NCBI GenBank assembly: GCA_963744145.1
Contig: CAVUSO010000001.1
Location: forward strand, 2,848,001 to 2,912,000
DNA: 64,000 nt
Direction of reading: 5' to 3'
From: an uncultured cyanobacterium
GTDB taxonomy: Bacteria > Cyanobacteriota > Cyanobacteriia > Cyanobacteriales > CAWUOF01
The notes beneath the pieces were generated by a model that was not told the DNA's origin, ran no database searches, and worked only from the letters and a program-made list of their open reading frames with translations. This document shows, piece by piece, positions 62,856 through 64,000 of this stretch; position 1 is the first letter of the stretch; each line of letters begins with the position of its first letter. Both the position numbers and the translations under genes were made by a program.

Positions 62856-63917
62856 ATGACCTATACCTCTACCCAAGTTGATCCAGTGATTTGGCACGAA
62901 GACCGGGTTTTATTGATCGAACAAAATCGATTACCCGCAGAATATTCTGTAGTCGAAATTAATCGCTCGGAAGATTTGGCGATCGCGATTAAAACAATGA
63001 TTGTGCGAGGGGCTCCATCAATTGGAGTAGCTGCTGGGTATGGAATGTATTTAGGAGCTAGAGAAATTGAAACTAGCGATCGCACTGAGTTTTTAGCCCA
63101 GTTAGAAATTGTGGGCGAAAAGTTGCGTTTAACTCGTCCTACCGCAGTAAACTTATTTTGGGCGATCGCGCAAATGCTAAAAGTTGCTCATGAAACTACA
63201 GGTTCCATTGATGAGGTGAAACAAGTTTTATTAGCAACTGCTCAGAAGATTCAGTTGGAAAATTTGCAAAATTGTCACGCGATCGGTGATCATGGATTAA
63301 CAGTTTTACCTGCTTATCCTCAGCAATTAAACCTACTTACCCATTGTAATGCAGGAGCATTAGCAGCAGGAGGTTACGGGACAGCTTTAGGTGTCGTGAG
63401 ATCAGCTTGGAGAGAGGGTCGCTTAGAGAGAGTTTATGCTGATGAAACTCGTCCCCGTTTACAAGGTGCGAAACTTACCGCATGGGAATGTGTGCAATCA
63501 GGTATTCCTGTTACTATTATTACCGATAGTATGGCAGCCCATTGCATGAAACAAGGTAAAATTGATGCAGTGGTTGTTGGTGCCGATCGGATTGCAGCTA
63601 ATGGAGATACAGCAAACAAAATTGGTACTTATAGTTTAGCATTAGTTGCCCAAGCACATCATATTCCTTTTTTTGTCGCGGCACCTTTATCAACGATTGA
63701 TTTTGACTTAGTAAATGGTAATCTGATTCCCATTGAAGAACGTGATCCAGTCGAGATTTATCAAGTTGGTAATACTCGATTAGCACCGATCGGAGTAGAA
63801 TTCTATAATCCAGCTTTTGATGTAACTCCGGCTGAATTGATTACCAGTATTATTACCGAATATGGTGCAGTTGTTCCAGGGGAGTTAAAACAGTTTCAAG
63901 GGAAAGCATCGGTTTGA
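62856..63917 (+). CDS. mtnA: S-methyl-5-thioribose-1-phosphate isomerase
   Basis: [54 protein letters not shown]. Confidence 0.97.
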   Translation: MTYTSTQVDPVIWHEDRVLLIEQNRLPAEYSVVEINRSEDLAIAIKTMIVRGAPSIGVAAGYGMYLGAREIETSDRTEFLAQLEIVGEKLRLTRPTAVNLFWAIAQMLKVAHETTGSIDEVKQVLLATAQKIQLENLQNCHAIGDHGLTVLPAYPQQLNLLTHCNAGALAAGGYGTALGVVRSAWREGRLERVYADETRPRLQGAKLTAWECVQSGIPVTIITDSMAAHCMKQGKIDAVVVGADRIAANGDTANKIGTYSLALVAQAHHIPFFVAAPLSTIDFDLVNGNLIPIEERDPVEIYQVGNTRLAPIGVEFYNPAFDVTPAELITSIITEYGAVVPGELKQFQGKASV

Positions 63918-63960
63918 ATCTGTCCAGAATTAGATGCGATCGGATCTTTTAGTTAGATCC

Positions 63961-63977
63961 CAATACGGTTCGGTTAA
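63961..63977 (+). repeat. Left end of another MITE-like copy (runs off the window)
   Basis: caatacggttcggttaa matches the terminal motif at 32408 and 52463. Confidence 0.55.
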
Positions 63978-64000
63978 AGAAGAAAATAGATTTTCTAGCT

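Noticed and set aside
1..64000. tRNA, rRNA, tmRNA, RNase P or SRP RNA genes
   Set aside because: No recognisable signatures by eye; a covariance-model scan would be needed to exclude small RNAs

Overview
Cyanobacterial chromosome segment (dense HIP1 GCGATCGC sites; psbB-psbT, rpaB). Housekeeping genes (mnmG, gmd-fcl, pyrF, tyrS, PBP1A, radA, dxs, mtnD/X/B/A) alternate with accessory modules. The best candidate for an uncharacterised system is at 0.9-6.6 kb: a 3xTIR-TM-14xWD40 receptor-like gene divergent from a TRPM-type SLOG + SLATT(DUF4231) fusion, suggesting a Thoeris-like signal-to-membrane-effector pathway. A second candidate is a CpXC-TPR-CHAT protease / sigma-like / DUF1822 module whose sigma-like gene is split by a 1575-bp IS with a 6-bp target duplication. 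Also seen: an IS630 transposase frameshifted by a 28-bp GTAG-REP palindrome, two tandem REP/MITE arrays, a lipoxygenase, an ABC-ATPase/DUF4276 pair apparently fused by one extra base, and inserts flanked by long direct repeats of host gene ends. No rRNA, tRNA or CRISPR array was recognised. All family assignments come from motif recognition by eye; no database searches were run.
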